A stretch of DNA of 32,645 nt, from IMG/VR virus record IMGVR_UViG_3300012667_000749, positions 1 through 32,645 of that record. One strand, given 5' to 3'. This DNA comes from a virus (lineage: Duplodnaviria > Caudoviricetes). A model generated the notes under the pieces. It did no database searches, was not told the DNA's origin, and worked only from the letters and a program-made list of their open reading frames with translations. Both the position numbers and the translations under genes were made by a program. Below are positions 17,934-26,775 of this stretch, piece by piece. The first letter of the stretch is position 1. The number at the start of each line of letters is the position of its first letter.

Positions 17934-20692
17934 TGGCATACGTAGACTTCGCTAAAAAGACTAGATCTAAGAAGATCATATTAGCTCATTTAGAAGCTAG
18001 AGAAAAACTTAAGCTCTTTACCGTCTACTCTGGATCTATCTACTCCAGGCCCGTTAATTATTTTGTCACTGAAGTAAAAGTCAATGGCATGTACTTAACA
18101 GAAGCTTCTTCTAACGCTCTTAATGCTGGAGAGTTTTACTACTCTCCTAATGAGGGGATCTTATACGTAAGGCTCTCGGATAATACGGATCCTAAACTTA
18201 ATAGTCTCTATGCTACTTATAAATTTTTCTTTTCTAATATTCCAGTAGATCTTCCTCATAACATTACTACAGGGGAAACGGTCCATTATGACTCTAGGAT
18301 AAAGTCTATAGGGAATCTTAAGCTAGAGTTAGACTTCGAGCAAACCGGAATTTCTTTAGAGTCCAATAGTTCTATAGCGCTAGAGAATAATGACGGATAC
18401 TTCGACTCTATTTTTGATGCTCTAATTTTCGAGAATGGTACTGTACGCTTCTGGTCCTGGTCCGATGAGCTACCCACTTCAGAAGCTAAGATAATCTATA
18501 AAGGCATTATATCGGATAAGACTTTTAGTCCTAGTCAGATATCTTTTAATCTAAAAGACGAGCTATCTAAGCTGCGTCAACCATTAACCTGGGGGCGCTT
18601 CTCTTCTTTAGACGGAGAGCTTGATAACTCAGTACTAGATACCCCTAAGCGCCTAATCTTCGGTAGAGTAGATAAGATCCGTACAGTAGGGATAGATAAG
18701 ACTCTAGATGGTTACTCTATTGCTGGGAATATTACAGGCTCAGCAGATACTAACCTTTTATCTGGTACTGTATCAGGTAACGCTACCACTAACACTATCA
18801 ATGGGCTAGGTACTACCTTTACTACCCAGATTACAGCAGGGCAGAAGATTAAAATTATTACTGCGCTAGTAGAGTACTCTTACACTGTAGCGACCGTAGT
18901 AAGTAATACTCAGCTAACTATATCTGGGACTATCTCAGTCACCTTTTCAGGATCCCAGGCACGTAACGCAGACGTAGAAAATAACGTAGTATCAGGATCT
19001 GGGACTTCTTTTAAGTCTCAGCTTTCTCCTGGGGATACCATAATCCTTTCTGTTAATGCTAACTCTTACTCATATAAGATTAGATCTATAAGTTCAGATA
19101 CTGCTCTTTTATTGGACGATGAGATAGAGGCTACCTTTACTTCTGTATCTGCTACTAACTCTCCAGAAATACCATATAGAGGCAAGAATAGACTATGGCA
19201 TATAGCAGGCCATAAGCTTAGAGAGTACTCTGTATTAATTACTGCAGTTAATAGCGCTACAAGTATTACAGTAGATAGCGTTAACGATATCGAAGCTGGA
19301 GATTATCTTTCTATTCTAGGAGCTTCTTACTTAGTAGTAAGAGTATCCTCTAATCTAATCACTCTTAACCAAGCGCTGGCCACTACTCCTTCTATTGGCG
19401 ACTCTGTAACGAAGATACCAGTCCAGGAAGTATACGTAGGTAATACCCAGTACGTAATTAATAGAGACTTTACTATAAGCAATACAAGTACAGACGCTAT
19501 CTTAACTTTTAACTCTCTAGCAGAGTATAACGTAGCTAAGACTAATAACCCTAATCTAAGCTTTACGCTTACGAGCGGATCCGCTACGGTTACTACTTCT
19601 AGTACTACGGTAGACTTAACTACGCTCCTTAAACCTAGAGACTGGATTAAAGCTAAGACTGTAACGGCTCCAGACTGGTACGAGATCTTAAGCGTAGATA
19701 CTTCTAGCCTTACTCTTCGTACTAACGCTGCAGCTTCCTATACTGGGACGATCCAATTTAAAAGTCCTAGCTATATTAATGACGACTCTCTAGTAGCTGT
19801 AAGCTGTTTAGGTCTAGATAGTGGATCATGGGTAAGATATCCAGCTCAGGCGGTTAATTGGATGCTTACTAATGCAGGTCTAACTGATATTAATACAGCT
19901 TCTTTTACCCAGGCAGAGGCAGACTGTAGCTTTACCCTAAGCCTATACTATCCTAGGACTATAGGGCAGGAGATCCCAGCTCTCAGAGAAATGATGACGG
20001 ATATTAATAAAAGTATTTTTGGTAGCTTATATCTGGATAACTCATTTAATTATACATACAAGATCCTTAATGCAGATAAGCCAGAGGACCTGGAGGCTAT
20101 TAAAGATGAGGACATTATCAATTTTAGCGTAGCTACTAAGTCCAATATCATTAACTCTCTTATCTTAAAGTATGGACCTTATGTAGATCTGGACGCTCAG
20201 TCTGAGGCGCTTAAGACTATCCTTCTAGACTCTAACTTCGTTAATGAAGCAGTAGAGACTAAGCAGAGATTAGAAGTAACTAGCTACCTATACTACCAGG
20301 ACGAAGCTACTATCATAGCTGAGCGCTGGATATTCTTTAGATCATTAACTCAGTCCGTAGTAACTCTAAGCGCCAAGCTTAATCTCGCTCTTAAGACTCT
20401 TAATGATGCTCTACTCCTGGATCTCTCTAGACTCTATAAGCGTTTTGGAAGCTCAACTAAAAGAAAGATAGGAATAATTAACTCTATCTCTAAGACTGGA
20501 GAGACTACTAGCGTACAGATAAACGATCTAGGTAACGTGTTTAGCAGAGTCCCAGCTATCGCTCCAGATACAGCAGCAGACTACTCTCCAGGATCTGAGG
20601 ATCTAGACAGATACGGTTACGTGCTAGATAATGATACGGAGACTCCAGACGTTACTAGCGAAGATGAGTTAGGTACTATTTTAATCGGGTAA
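17933..20692 (+). CDS. Tail tip hub/central fibre protein with repeated beta modules
   Basis: 919 aa after the distal-tail gene; internal repeats such as 'INGLGTTFTTQITAGQKI' and 'VSGSGTSFKSQLSPGDTI'. Confidence 0.7.
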   Translation: MAYVDFAKKTRSKKIILAHLEAREKLKLFTVYSGSIYSRPVNYFVTEVKVNGMYLTEASSNALNAGEFYYSPNEGILYVRLSDNTDPKLNSLYATYKFFFSNIPVDLPHNITTGETVHYDSRIKSIGNLKLELDFEQTGISLESNSSIALENNDGYFDSIFDALIFENGTVRFWSWSDELPTSEAKIIYKGIISDKTFSPSQISFNLKDELSKLRQPLTWGRFSSLDGELDNSVLDTPKRLIFGRVDKIRTVGIDKTLDGYSIAGNITGSADTNLLSGTVSGNATTNTINGLGTTFTTQITAGQKIKIITALVEYSYTVATVVSNTQLTISGTISVTFSGSQARNADVENNVVSGSGTSFKSQLSPGDTIILSVNANSYSYKIRSISSDTALLLDDEIEATFTSVSATNSPEIPYRGKNRLWHIAGHKLREYSVLITAVNSATSITVDSVNDIEAGDYLSILGASYLVVRVSSNLITLNQALATTPSIGDSVTKIPVQEVYVGNTQYVINRDFTISNTSTDAILTFNSLAEYNVAKTNNPNLSFTLTSGSATVTTSSTTVDLTTLLKPRDWIKAKTVTAPDWYEILSVDTSSLTLRTNAAASYTGTIQFKSPSYINDDSLVAVSCLGLDSGSWVRYPAQAVNWMLTNAGLTDINTASFTQAEADCSFTLSLYYPRTIGQEIPALREMMTDINKSIFGSLYLDNSFNYTYKILNADKPEDLEAIKDEDIINFSVATKSNIINSLILKYGPYVDLDAQSEALKTILLDSNFVNEAVETKQRLEVTSYLYYQDEATIIAERWIFFRSLTQSVVTLSAKLNLALKTLNDALLLDLSRLYKRFGSSTKRKIGIINSISKTGETTSVQINDLGNVFSRVPAIAPDTAADYSPGSEDLDRYGYVLDNDTETPDVTSEDELGTILIG

Positions 20693-20698
20693 AAGATT

Positions 20699-21211
20699 AT
20701 GGCATATACAGAGCTTCCTTTAGCGATAATTGCAGTAGGTAAGGCCATTAAGCGTGAAATTTTCACGACTATCCGCTCGGACCTGATAGATCATGAGTCC
20801 AGAATTACTGCGCTTTCTCTAGGTACTGCGCCTATCGAGATCTGGAATAATACCGTACTTAATGCTTCTTCAGCTTCTACGATGACAGGACTAGACTACT
20901 ATAGAGCTATTACTAATTTTACTATTAGCAGAGTAGAGATCGAGATATTCGAAAAGGGATCTATTACTTCAGGTATCCTATCTATCGACGTTAAGAAGGG
21001 GGCCACTATGGACTCTACTAGCTTAACCTCTGTACTTACAGTAGCTCCTTCTATCGACTTTTCTACAGCTTCAGACTACGCTATAGCTACAGGTACTCTT
21101 AACGTAAGTAACCAGAGCGTAACTTCTGGAGAGTTTTTAAGATTAGACGTAACTTCTTTACCTAGTATTCCATTAGGAAAGTTTAGAGTACTCGTCTACG
21201 GTACAATTTAA
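20699..21211 (+). CDS. Minor tail protein
   Basis: Position in the tail module; beta-sandwich-like C-terminus. Confidence 0.6.
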   Translation: MAYTELPLAIIAVGKAIKREIFTTIRSDLIDHESRITALSLGTAPIEIWNNTVLNASSASTMTGLDYYRAITNFTISRVEIEIFEKGSITSGILSIDVKKGATMDSTSLTSVLTVAPSIDFSTASDYAIATGTLNVSNQSVTSGEFLRLDVTSLPSIPLGKFRVLVYGTI

Positions 21212-21220
21212 GGAGATCCC

Positions 21221-21808
21221 ATGGCAGCGCCTATCGTAGTCCCATTTAATAATAACCCAGCTAGTACTTCGATTAAGACAGCTTCCTACACTATCCCTGC
21301 AGGGAAGTATGCTTATATCATTCCATGCGAGGGATATTCTACGACTACTGGACTAAATGCTACTAATACTTCTCAAACCAAGAATTTTTTAAATAGTGAA
21401 GTATCTCTAACAGTAGACGGCGCTTCTGTAGCAATGTTTCCTTTTAGATTTTCTGGATCTGTTACAAGAACATCGATAGGATCAGTTTCATATACAATAA
21501 ATTTTCCAGATAACGTATTATCAAAAAATGTTAGCTTGACTGTTTCTTCAGCTGGTAGCGCAGCCCCAACTATAACAGTAAAGTCTCTAGCCAATACTAT
21601 AACAGGTGTTAATAATTTTTTTTCAGGCATACTTTCTTCTGTAATAGCAAGTATATCTAGCTCAGTTTCTGGTACTTTTACAGGCACTTACGATGTAATA
21701 GTGTCCCCAAACTACAATAATACAGGCTTTTGGGTTTCCTCTGGTTCTGTCATTGGAATACCTACTAACTGCTCTGTCATTGTAAATGAGTACAATCAAA
21801 TTTCATAA
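21221..21808 (+). CDS. Putative tail fibre/receptor-binding protein
   Basis: S/T-rich; 'YTIPAGKYA' N-terminal motif; codon usage shifts in the central part. Confidence 0.55.
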   Translation: MAAPIVVPFNNNPASTSIKTASYTIPAGKYAYIIPCEGYSTTTGLNATNTSQTKNFLNSEVSLTVDGASVAMFPFRFSGSVTRTSIGSVSYTINFPDNVLSKNVSLTVSSAGSAAPTITVKSLANTITGVNNFFSGILSSVIASISSSVSGTFTGTYDVIVSPNYNNTGFWVSSGSVIGIPTNCSVIVNEYNQIS

Positions 21809-21816
21809 GAGGTCTT

Positions 21817-22155
21817 ATGTTTGCAATATTTAAAAATGATTCACTACTAAATTTTTGGTCTAATCAAGCTGGGGACAAATTCATCGAAGCAACTATTCGA
21901 GGCTTAAGACTAGAGCAGGTCGAGATTGATCTTAATTACTATTTTGGCATCTATGCTATTCCTGAGTTTTACGAGTTCGATCAGGATAAAAAACTAATCA
22001 TTAAAAAAGAAGTTATCTCTTACGTAGAAGAAGTATCTACGGACGCAGAAGGTAACGAATTGATTAACCAAGTAGAAGTTAAAAACTACGAATTGGATAA
22101 GATTATAGAGCCTATTGTTTACTTCTCTAAAGGTATCATGGTTAAGCCATGCTAA
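21817..22155 (+). CDS. Hypothetical protein (possible fibre chaperone)
   Basis: Acidic 112-aa ORF after the fibre gene; SD GAGG. Confidence 0.6.
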   Translation: MFAIFKNDSLLNFWSNQAGDKFIEATIRGLRLEQVEIDLNYYFGIYAIPEFYEFDQDKKLIIKKEVISYVEEVSTDAEGNELINQVEVKNYELDKIIEPIVYFSKGIMVKPC

Positions 22156-22165
22156 AAGGTCGTGT

Positions 22166-22315
22166 ATGTTTATTCTAATTTTTGCTTTTCTTGTAACTTC
22201 TGCCCATAATGGTACTAGAAATTACGAAGAGTGTAAGGCAGTTAAATTTTCTCCAGGATCTTGCTGGGAAGCTAAGCAGCTAGATAAAGCTGGTAACTTT
22301 CTTAAAAAGATCTAA
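22166..22315 (+). CDS. Small exported or membrane-anchored protein (49 aa)
   Basis: ATG 22166 preferred over TTG 22115; hydrophobic N-terminus and two Cys. Confidence 0.5.
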   Translation: MFILIFAFLVTSAHNGTRNYEECKAVKFSPGSCWEAKQLDKAGNFLKKI

Positions 22316-22525
22316 GTGGATATGTTAATAGAAAAGCTTAAGCCTATTATCTATTTAATCGGTCTGGGAGCTTCATTAGTTATCTACGCTCATGCTAACT
22401 TCTCTACTGTAAACCAGGTAGAAAAACTTGAGCAGAAGATAGAAAGCCAAGCTACTACTAGCGATATTGCTAGGCTTGAAGGTAAGATAGAGACTCTAAC
22501 GCTTTACCTTTTACAGAGAAAATAA
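22316..22525 (+). CDS. Single-TM coiled-coil protein (holin/antiholin candidate)
   Basis: Hydrophobic IIYLIGLGASLVIY followed by a coiled coil; directly before the endolysin. Confidence 0.5.
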   Translation: MDMLIEKLKPIIYLIGLGASLVIYAHANFSTVNQVEKLEQKIESQATTSDIARLEGKIETLTLYLLQRK

Positions 22526-22978
22526 ATGATTAACTTCAAAGATGACTACGTTAAGGAGGGCTTTAATAAGCTTCACCCTTTAGTTATAGATATCGTAAAA
22601 GCTATTAATAATTGGTCAGAAAATTATGATAAAAAGTCTATTACTCTTACTGAGTCTCTTAGTACTCCTGAGCAAGATAAAAAACTAAAAAGAGAAAGTC
22701 CTGCCCATAACCAGGGAAGAGCTGTAGATATTAGAACTATAGACATGAGTAGAGAGAAGCTAGTACTTCTTATGCAAACCTTCTCGGATAAGTTTAAGCA
22801 TTTAGGATATCTTACTCAGAGAGGCGAGCGAAGACTTATGTACTATCATAATAATGGCAACGGTCCACATATTCACTTAGCTATCGGTATAGATATTATC
22901 GAAAAGTATAAAAAGAATTATCCAGGCTGGAGCTATCCAGTCCATAAACCACTAAAGAAGGAGCCTAAAAATGGTTAA
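22526..22978 (+). CDS. Endolysin, peptidase M15-like (LAS-type Zn peptidase)
   Basis: S-x-x-H-x-x-G-x-A-x-D (SPAHNQGRAVD) and H-x-H (PHIH) motifs. Confidence 0.82.
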   Translation: MINFKDDYVKEGFNKLHPLVIDIVKAINNWSENYDKKSITLTESLSTPEQDKKLKRESPAHNQGRAVDIRTIDMSREKLVLLMQTFSDKFKHLGYLTQRGERRLMYYHNNGNGPHIHLAIGIDIIEKYKKNYPGWSYPVHKPLKKEPKNG

Positions 22979-23198
22979 GCCTTACGAAGTATCTGAGTTA
23001 GTTAATATCCTTAAGTCTAAAGGTCTAGACATTGCAGAAGACGCAGCTAAAGTAGTGGTAGAGTCTACTCTTCAGTGGGTAAAAGAGTCTGCTAAACTTT
23101 CAGCTACTCCTTACGATGACATGGCACTTATCGTTCTTCCTCAAGTAGAAGGCTTTATCAAGTCTGCACTAGATAAGATCGACGGCCAGCAAGGTTAG
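22971..23198 (+). CDS. Hypothetical protein in the lysis module
   Basis: 75 aa, SD AAGGAG, amphipathic helices with 'TPYDD'. Confidence 0.7.
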   Translation: MVKPYEVSELVNILKSKGLDIAEDAAKVVVESTLQWVKESAKLSATPYDDMALIVLPQVEGFIKSALDKIDGQQG

Positions 23199-23202
23199 TT
23201 TT

Positions 23203-23403
23203 ATGTATGCCAAGTTTATAGAGCTGCTGGTAATTAATTTAGTTATCCCACTGCTTAAGGACTTGGCATTTATGCTCTACAATATCTTTAAAGTTAGACA
23301 GATCCGTAAAGAAAGAGAAGAGTCTGCTAAGATTAAAGCAGAAGCTTACGCTAAAGCTAAGTCATCCGAAGAGATCAAAGATACCTTCGATAATATGCCA
23401 TGA
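23203..23403 (+). CDS. Putative inner-membrane spanin (Rz-like)
   Basis: Hydrophobic N-terminus plus charged helix, overlapping a lipoprotein gene. Confidence 0.5.
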   Translation: MYAKFIELLVINLVIPLLKDLAFMLYNIFKVRQIRKEREESAKIKAEAYAKAKSSEEIKDTFDNMP

Positions 23404-23729
23404 GATTAATACCTTTTTTTATAATTCTTGCGTCTTGTACTAATATTCCTAGTACTCCAGACGGTCCCCAGTGCTCTCCGATCTTTAGTTATGTTACCAG
23501 CCTGGAAGGAAAGTCTTACATAGATGTAGATAATTCATACTGTCTATGCAGGACGTACCATTTTGGCCTAGACTATATCGGAAAAACTCCTGATAGCAGT
23601 ACCTGGAAAGAGCCAATCAACTACTGCGATAAGCTTATAGGCTGGACTCCTAAAGAGTACGCCAAAAAAGCTACCTTCTGGGAAGAAGTTAGGGCAAGAA
23701 TAGAGCTAGGAATAAAAAGATATGATTAA
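23400..23729 (+). CDS. Lipoprotein, putative outer-membrane spanin (Rz1-like)
   Basis: Lipobox LASC at residue 13, Pro-rich linker and four further Cys; lysis-module position. Confidence 0.6.
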   Translation: MRLIPFFIILASCTNIPSTPDGPQCSPIFSYVTSLEGKSYIDVDNSYCLCRTYHFGLDYIGKTPDSSTWKEPINYCDKLIGWTPKEYAKKATFWEEVRARIELGIKRYD

Positions 23730-23814
23730 TACAGCAGCTTTTATATTAGACTTTATGGTATCTATTGCTATCCTTCCTCTGGTCCTGTATGTCATCTTCA
23801 AAATTAGACCGTAA
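23722..23814 (+). CDS. 30-aa single-TM peptide not in the ORF track (MINTAAFILDFMVSIAILPLVLYVIFKIRP)
   Basis: Translated by hand; fills the gap between two genes and overlaps both. Confidence 0.45.
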   Translation: MINTAAFILDFMVSIAILPLVLYVIFKIRP

Positions 23815-23950
23815 AGATCCAAAAAAACCAGGTCCGAAAGATCCTTTAGAGTCATTAAAGCAGAAGTATCTTAGCGCTCCTACTGAGAAGCTTAAGAAGT
23901 TTTATGCAGATATGATTATTAAGAAGGGAGGGAAGGTCCCCAGGTTATAG
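23789..23950 (+). CDS. Small basic hypothetical protein
   Basis: ATG 23789 preferred over TTG 23765; Lys-rich. Confidence 0.5.
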   Translation: MSSSKLDRKDPKKPGPKDPLESLKQKYLSAPTEKLKKFYADMIIKKGGKVPRL

Positions 23951-24419
23951 CATCTAGTGGATCTATTCTAGGTTTATTAGTCTTAATTATCTCTACGTGG
24001 GTTATCCATTCCGTACCATTGTAGGGGCGCTTCTCTGCACTAACCTTTATATTAAAAGAATCATTAATAGCTAACGCTTTATAGATAGTATCTTCTATTA
24101 TCTTGAGAGTATTAGAGACATCTATGCAGGTAGCGCTTATCGCTCCTTTCTTGGTGAAAAATTCAGTAGCTGGGACGTAGATAACTAGCTCTAGAGTTAG
24201 GGCATCTTTATTTTTATCGAACTTACTAGAAAAGTTTTTAATATCCTTATCGTACTTACTCAATAGCTTTAAAGTATTACGCTCAAACTTTACAGCATTA
24301 GTACTCTTTACTATACGCCTGCTATATTTATTGATCGTAAATTTAGAGTTAACCGATAGTGGCTTGATGGGTAATTGCATAATTAAATTATTCATACGAT
24401 CATAGTAACTAAAGACCAC
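23919..24419 (-). CDS. rusA: RusA-like Holliday junction resolvase
   Basis: 'PLSVN' N-terminal motif and D-x-x-N-x-x-K-x-x-x-D...IND (DVSNTLKIIED); the true start may be 24395 or 24380. Confidence 0.78.
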   Translation of the reverse strand: MVFSYYDRMNNLIMQLPIKPLSVNSKFTINKYSRRIVKSTNAVKFERNTLKLLSKYDKDIKNFSSKFDKNKDALTLELVIYVPATEFFTKKGAISATCIDVSNTLKIIEDTIYKALAINDSFNIKVSAEKRPYNGTEWITHVEIIKTNKPRIDPLDAITWGPSLPS

Positions 24420-24443
24420 TTAACTTAGCAAGGAAGCTAGGCC

Positions 24444-24453
24444 ATGGTATTCA
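24444..24453 (-). promoter_or_regulatory. TGAATACCAT promoter-like motif upstream of rusA
   Basis: Exact copy of 3409-3418, oriented towards rusA. Confidence 0.45.
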
Positions 24454-24562
24454 AACTATCCTCTATGAGTAGGCTATCTATCTCATGCCCTTATCTGGGC
24501 TTCAGTCTATGCCTGCCACAAAATACCCATAAAAATTTATCTATACCTACCATAGGGGGCTT

Positions 24563-25522
24563 ATGGATCTGCACGAAGTAGTTAAGATAGTTAAGCAATT
24601 AGGTATAGATACAGGTAAAGCTCCTACTCGCACTGAGATTATGGCGGCAGGAGTATCAGACTGGGCGATAAGAAAGTATGGAGGATCTAAAGCTATCCTA
24701 GACCTTGCAGATATTAACGATACCCCTCCTCCTATACCCAGCGCAGGACCTAAGATCCTCTTACTGGATATAGAGACTTCTCCGTTAATATGCTACGCCT
24801 TCGATCTTTTCGATCAAAATATAGGGCTTAATCAGGTTATAAGAGACTGGTACGTTATGAGTTGGTCAGCTAAGTGGTTGGGAGACTCTCAAGATAAGAT
24901 TATCTATGCAGACTGCAGGGATAACATAGGCAATGACTATGGTCTTCTTTCGCAGATATGGCAGCTCCTGGACGAGGCAGATATAGTAGTGGGACAAAAC
25001 TCTAAGCGCTTCGATGAGAAGAAGTTAGCGGCTAGATTCTTGCTTAATGGCTTCCCTCCTCCGTCTTCATTTAGGAGTGTAGATACTTTAATAGTAGCTA
25101 AAAGAGTGGCCAAGTTTACTTCTAATAAGCTTGCCTATACTACCGATAAATTATGTACGAAGTTTAAGAAGCTAGATCATGGGAAGTATGCAGGCTTCGA
25201 ACTATGGAGGGCCTGCGAAGCTGGGGATAATGAAGCCTGGGACGAAATGGAAAAGTATAATAAGTACGATGTGCTAAGCCTGGAGGAGTACTACCTTAAG
25301 ATCCGTCCTTACGATAGAAAGCATCCTAACCTTAACGTCTTTAGTGAAAGCCTAGAAAATAAATGCGCCTGCGGATCCGTAGAGTTCAGAGCTAATGGCT
25401 TTATCTATTCTAATAATGGTAAATTTACTAGATACAATTGTATAAGATGCGGAGCAGAGTACTCTGATAAGCTTAACCTTCTAGACAAGGAAAAGAAGAA
25501 AGCATTAAGAGAGCTTAGCTAG
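24563..25522 (+). CDS. Stand-alone PolB-type/RNase H-like 3'-5' exonuclease with N-terminal helical domain and C-terminal Zn ribbon
   Basis: ExoI 'LLDIET', ExoII 'GQNSKRFD', ExoIII 'YNKYDV'; CAC...CIRC. Confidence 0.82.
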   Translation: MDLHEVVKIVKQLGIDTGKAPTRTEIMAAGVSDWAIRKYGGSKAILDLADINDTPPPIPSAGPKILLLDIETSPLICYAFDLFDQNIGLNQVIRDWYVMSWSAKWLGDSQDKIIYADCRDNIGNDYGLLSQIWQLLDEADIVVGQNSKRFDEKKLAARFLLNGFPPPSSFRSVDTLIVAKRVAKFTSNKLAYTTDKLCTKFKKLDHGKYAGFELWRACEAGDNEAWDEMEKYNKYDVLSLEEYYLKIRPYDRKHPNLNVFSESLENKCACGSVEFRANGFIYSNNGKFTRYNCIRCGAEYSDKLNLLDKEKKKALRELS

Positions 25523-25589
25523 ACTTATCTAATCTACTGCGTAACAATTTAATAAGTAGAGTATCCTTCTCCTCTACTGGTTGGTTGGT

Positions 25590-25628
25590 AATAGGGTAGG
25601 ATATTGACGGATTAATACCTACTCTATT
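25590..25628. terminator. Hairpin between convergent transcription units (possible bidirectional terminator)
   Basis: AATAGGGTAGG-A-TATT pairs with AATA-CCTACTCTATT; U-tracts are weak. Confidence 0.5.
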
Positions 25629-25740
25629 TAATCTTCGAAAAGTTCTTAATCTCATAGGCCCTAATCTTTCTAGAGCGTACGATCATGGCTATTAATGCGC
25701 CTAAGAAAAACGAAATTAACTGCCCAGTCTCTGCTATCAT
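25624..25740 (-). CDS. 38-aa membrane peptide not in the ORF track (MIAETGQLISFFLGALIAMIVRSRKIRAYEIKNFSKIK)
   Basis: Translated by hand; ATGA overlap with the upstream gene; hydrophobic segment followed by a basic tail. Confidence 0.55.
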   Translation of the reverse strand: MIAETGQLISFFLGALIAMIVRSRKIRAYEIKNFSKIK

Positions 25741-26270
25741 TTACAGACTCCTACGTACTTCTCTACTAGGGATCCTACCTTATAGTTAACGCTCTCTTCT
25801 TTACCCTTAGGAGAGTTATCCCCATGAGAATACCCAGCTAAATGCAATGACTCATGCAGTACAGTATTAACCATATCTTCTAGCCTCCTGGGATTCTTTC
25901 TAAGATTAAGATAGAGAGTCTTCTTATCATTTTTATAAGTAGTAGCTATGACGCTACTAAATGGACTTTTAGTCTTATAGGTACTAATTACGTACCCCTG
26001 CATAGACTCAAGACTATTAGCTACGTCCGTAGAAGTTTTATCGGTATGGGTAAATTTAGGGTAAGTTTTAACTTCATTAATAAAGTCCTGATTATTAGCT
26101 AGGCAATTAGCTATCCTGGTAAGATCTACTAGCCATGGCAGGCTAGACTTGCAAGTAAAGACTACCCTAACTGGTCTAGTTACTTCGATAGCGTAATTAG
26201 GCGCAAGAATGCTAGGGATAGGCGCCATAGAGCAGGAAGCTATAATAAGTAATAATAAAAATTTAATCAT
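25737..26270 (-). CDS. Predicted lipoprotein metalloprotease (metzincin-type motif)
   Basis: Lipobox IASC; HESLHLAGYSH fits HExxHxxGxxH. Confidence 0.75.
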   Translation of the reverse strand: MIKFLLLLIIASCSMAPIPSILAPNYAIEVTRPVRVVFTCKSSLPWLVDLTRIANCLANNQDFINEVKTYPKFTHTDKTSTDVANSLESMQGYVISTYKTKSPFSSVIATTYKNDKKTLYLNLRKNPRRLEDMVNTVLHESLHLAGYSHGDNSPKGKEESVNYKVGSLVEKYVGVCK

Positions 26271-26602
26271 GCTAACGCCTCCATAATATCCATAGCCTCG
26301 GCTACTGTTAACTTATCTTTAAATAGTAAACCATTTAACCATAGCTCTCTAGAGATCGTCCCATTATAGAGAGGTATCCCCTTCCTTACTTTCCATTCTT
26401 TATCTAACCCCTTAATGGAGTCTCTCTTCTTTACCTGGTACTTCCCTCCGCTGCCTAGATAGATACCTAAGTTAAGGTCCAGGACCTTCTGAGTACTATC
26501 TAGCTTGGAAGCTATCTTCTTATCTTGCCTATGTTTAAGGATCTCTTTATAGATTGCTACGTTATACTCTAGCGACTTTATCCGCTCTACGATCATTTCC
26601 AC
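26267..26602 (-). CDS. Hypothetical protein
   Basis: 111-aa ORF, SD AAGGAG, coupled to its neighbours. Confidence 0.7.
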   Translation of the reverse strand: MEMIVERIKSLEYNVAIYKEILKHRQDKKIASKLDSTQKVLDLNLGIYLGSGGKYQVKKRDSIKGLDKEWKVRKGIPLYNGTISRELWLNGLLFKDKLTVAEAMDIMEALA

Positions 26603-26775
26603 AGTATCTCCTTCATATCTATAACCATATCTCTAAGCTCCCAGGTATATTTAAAGAGGTCTTCGTCTTCTGTATCTATTGCAATATTAGTAAGTCTATC
26701 AAGCGCCTCATTAAGATCTTTAGACTCTAAGATATGCTCATAGACTGTAAGTCTTTCAAGCTTCTTAAGGTCCAT
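26593..26775 (-). CDS. Hypothetical acidic protein
   Basis: 60-aa ORF in the leftward operon. Confidence 0.65.
   Translation of the reverse strand: MDLKKLERLTVYEHILESKDLNEALDRLTNIAIDTEDEDLFKYTWELRDMVIDMKEILWK

Noticed and set aside
7114-21687. Antisense ORFs 7114-7326, 8255-8527, 12234-12494, 14331-14540, 15198-15407, 15582-15869, 16485-16703, 16803-17060, 18286-18477 and 21373-21687
   Set aside because: All lie opposite well-supported structural genes and show no recognisable motifs.
24444-24530. tRNA on the minus strand (contains GTTTGAAT and GGTATT/AATACC ends)
   Set aside because: No proper T-stem, D-arm or 7-nt anticodon loop could be built.
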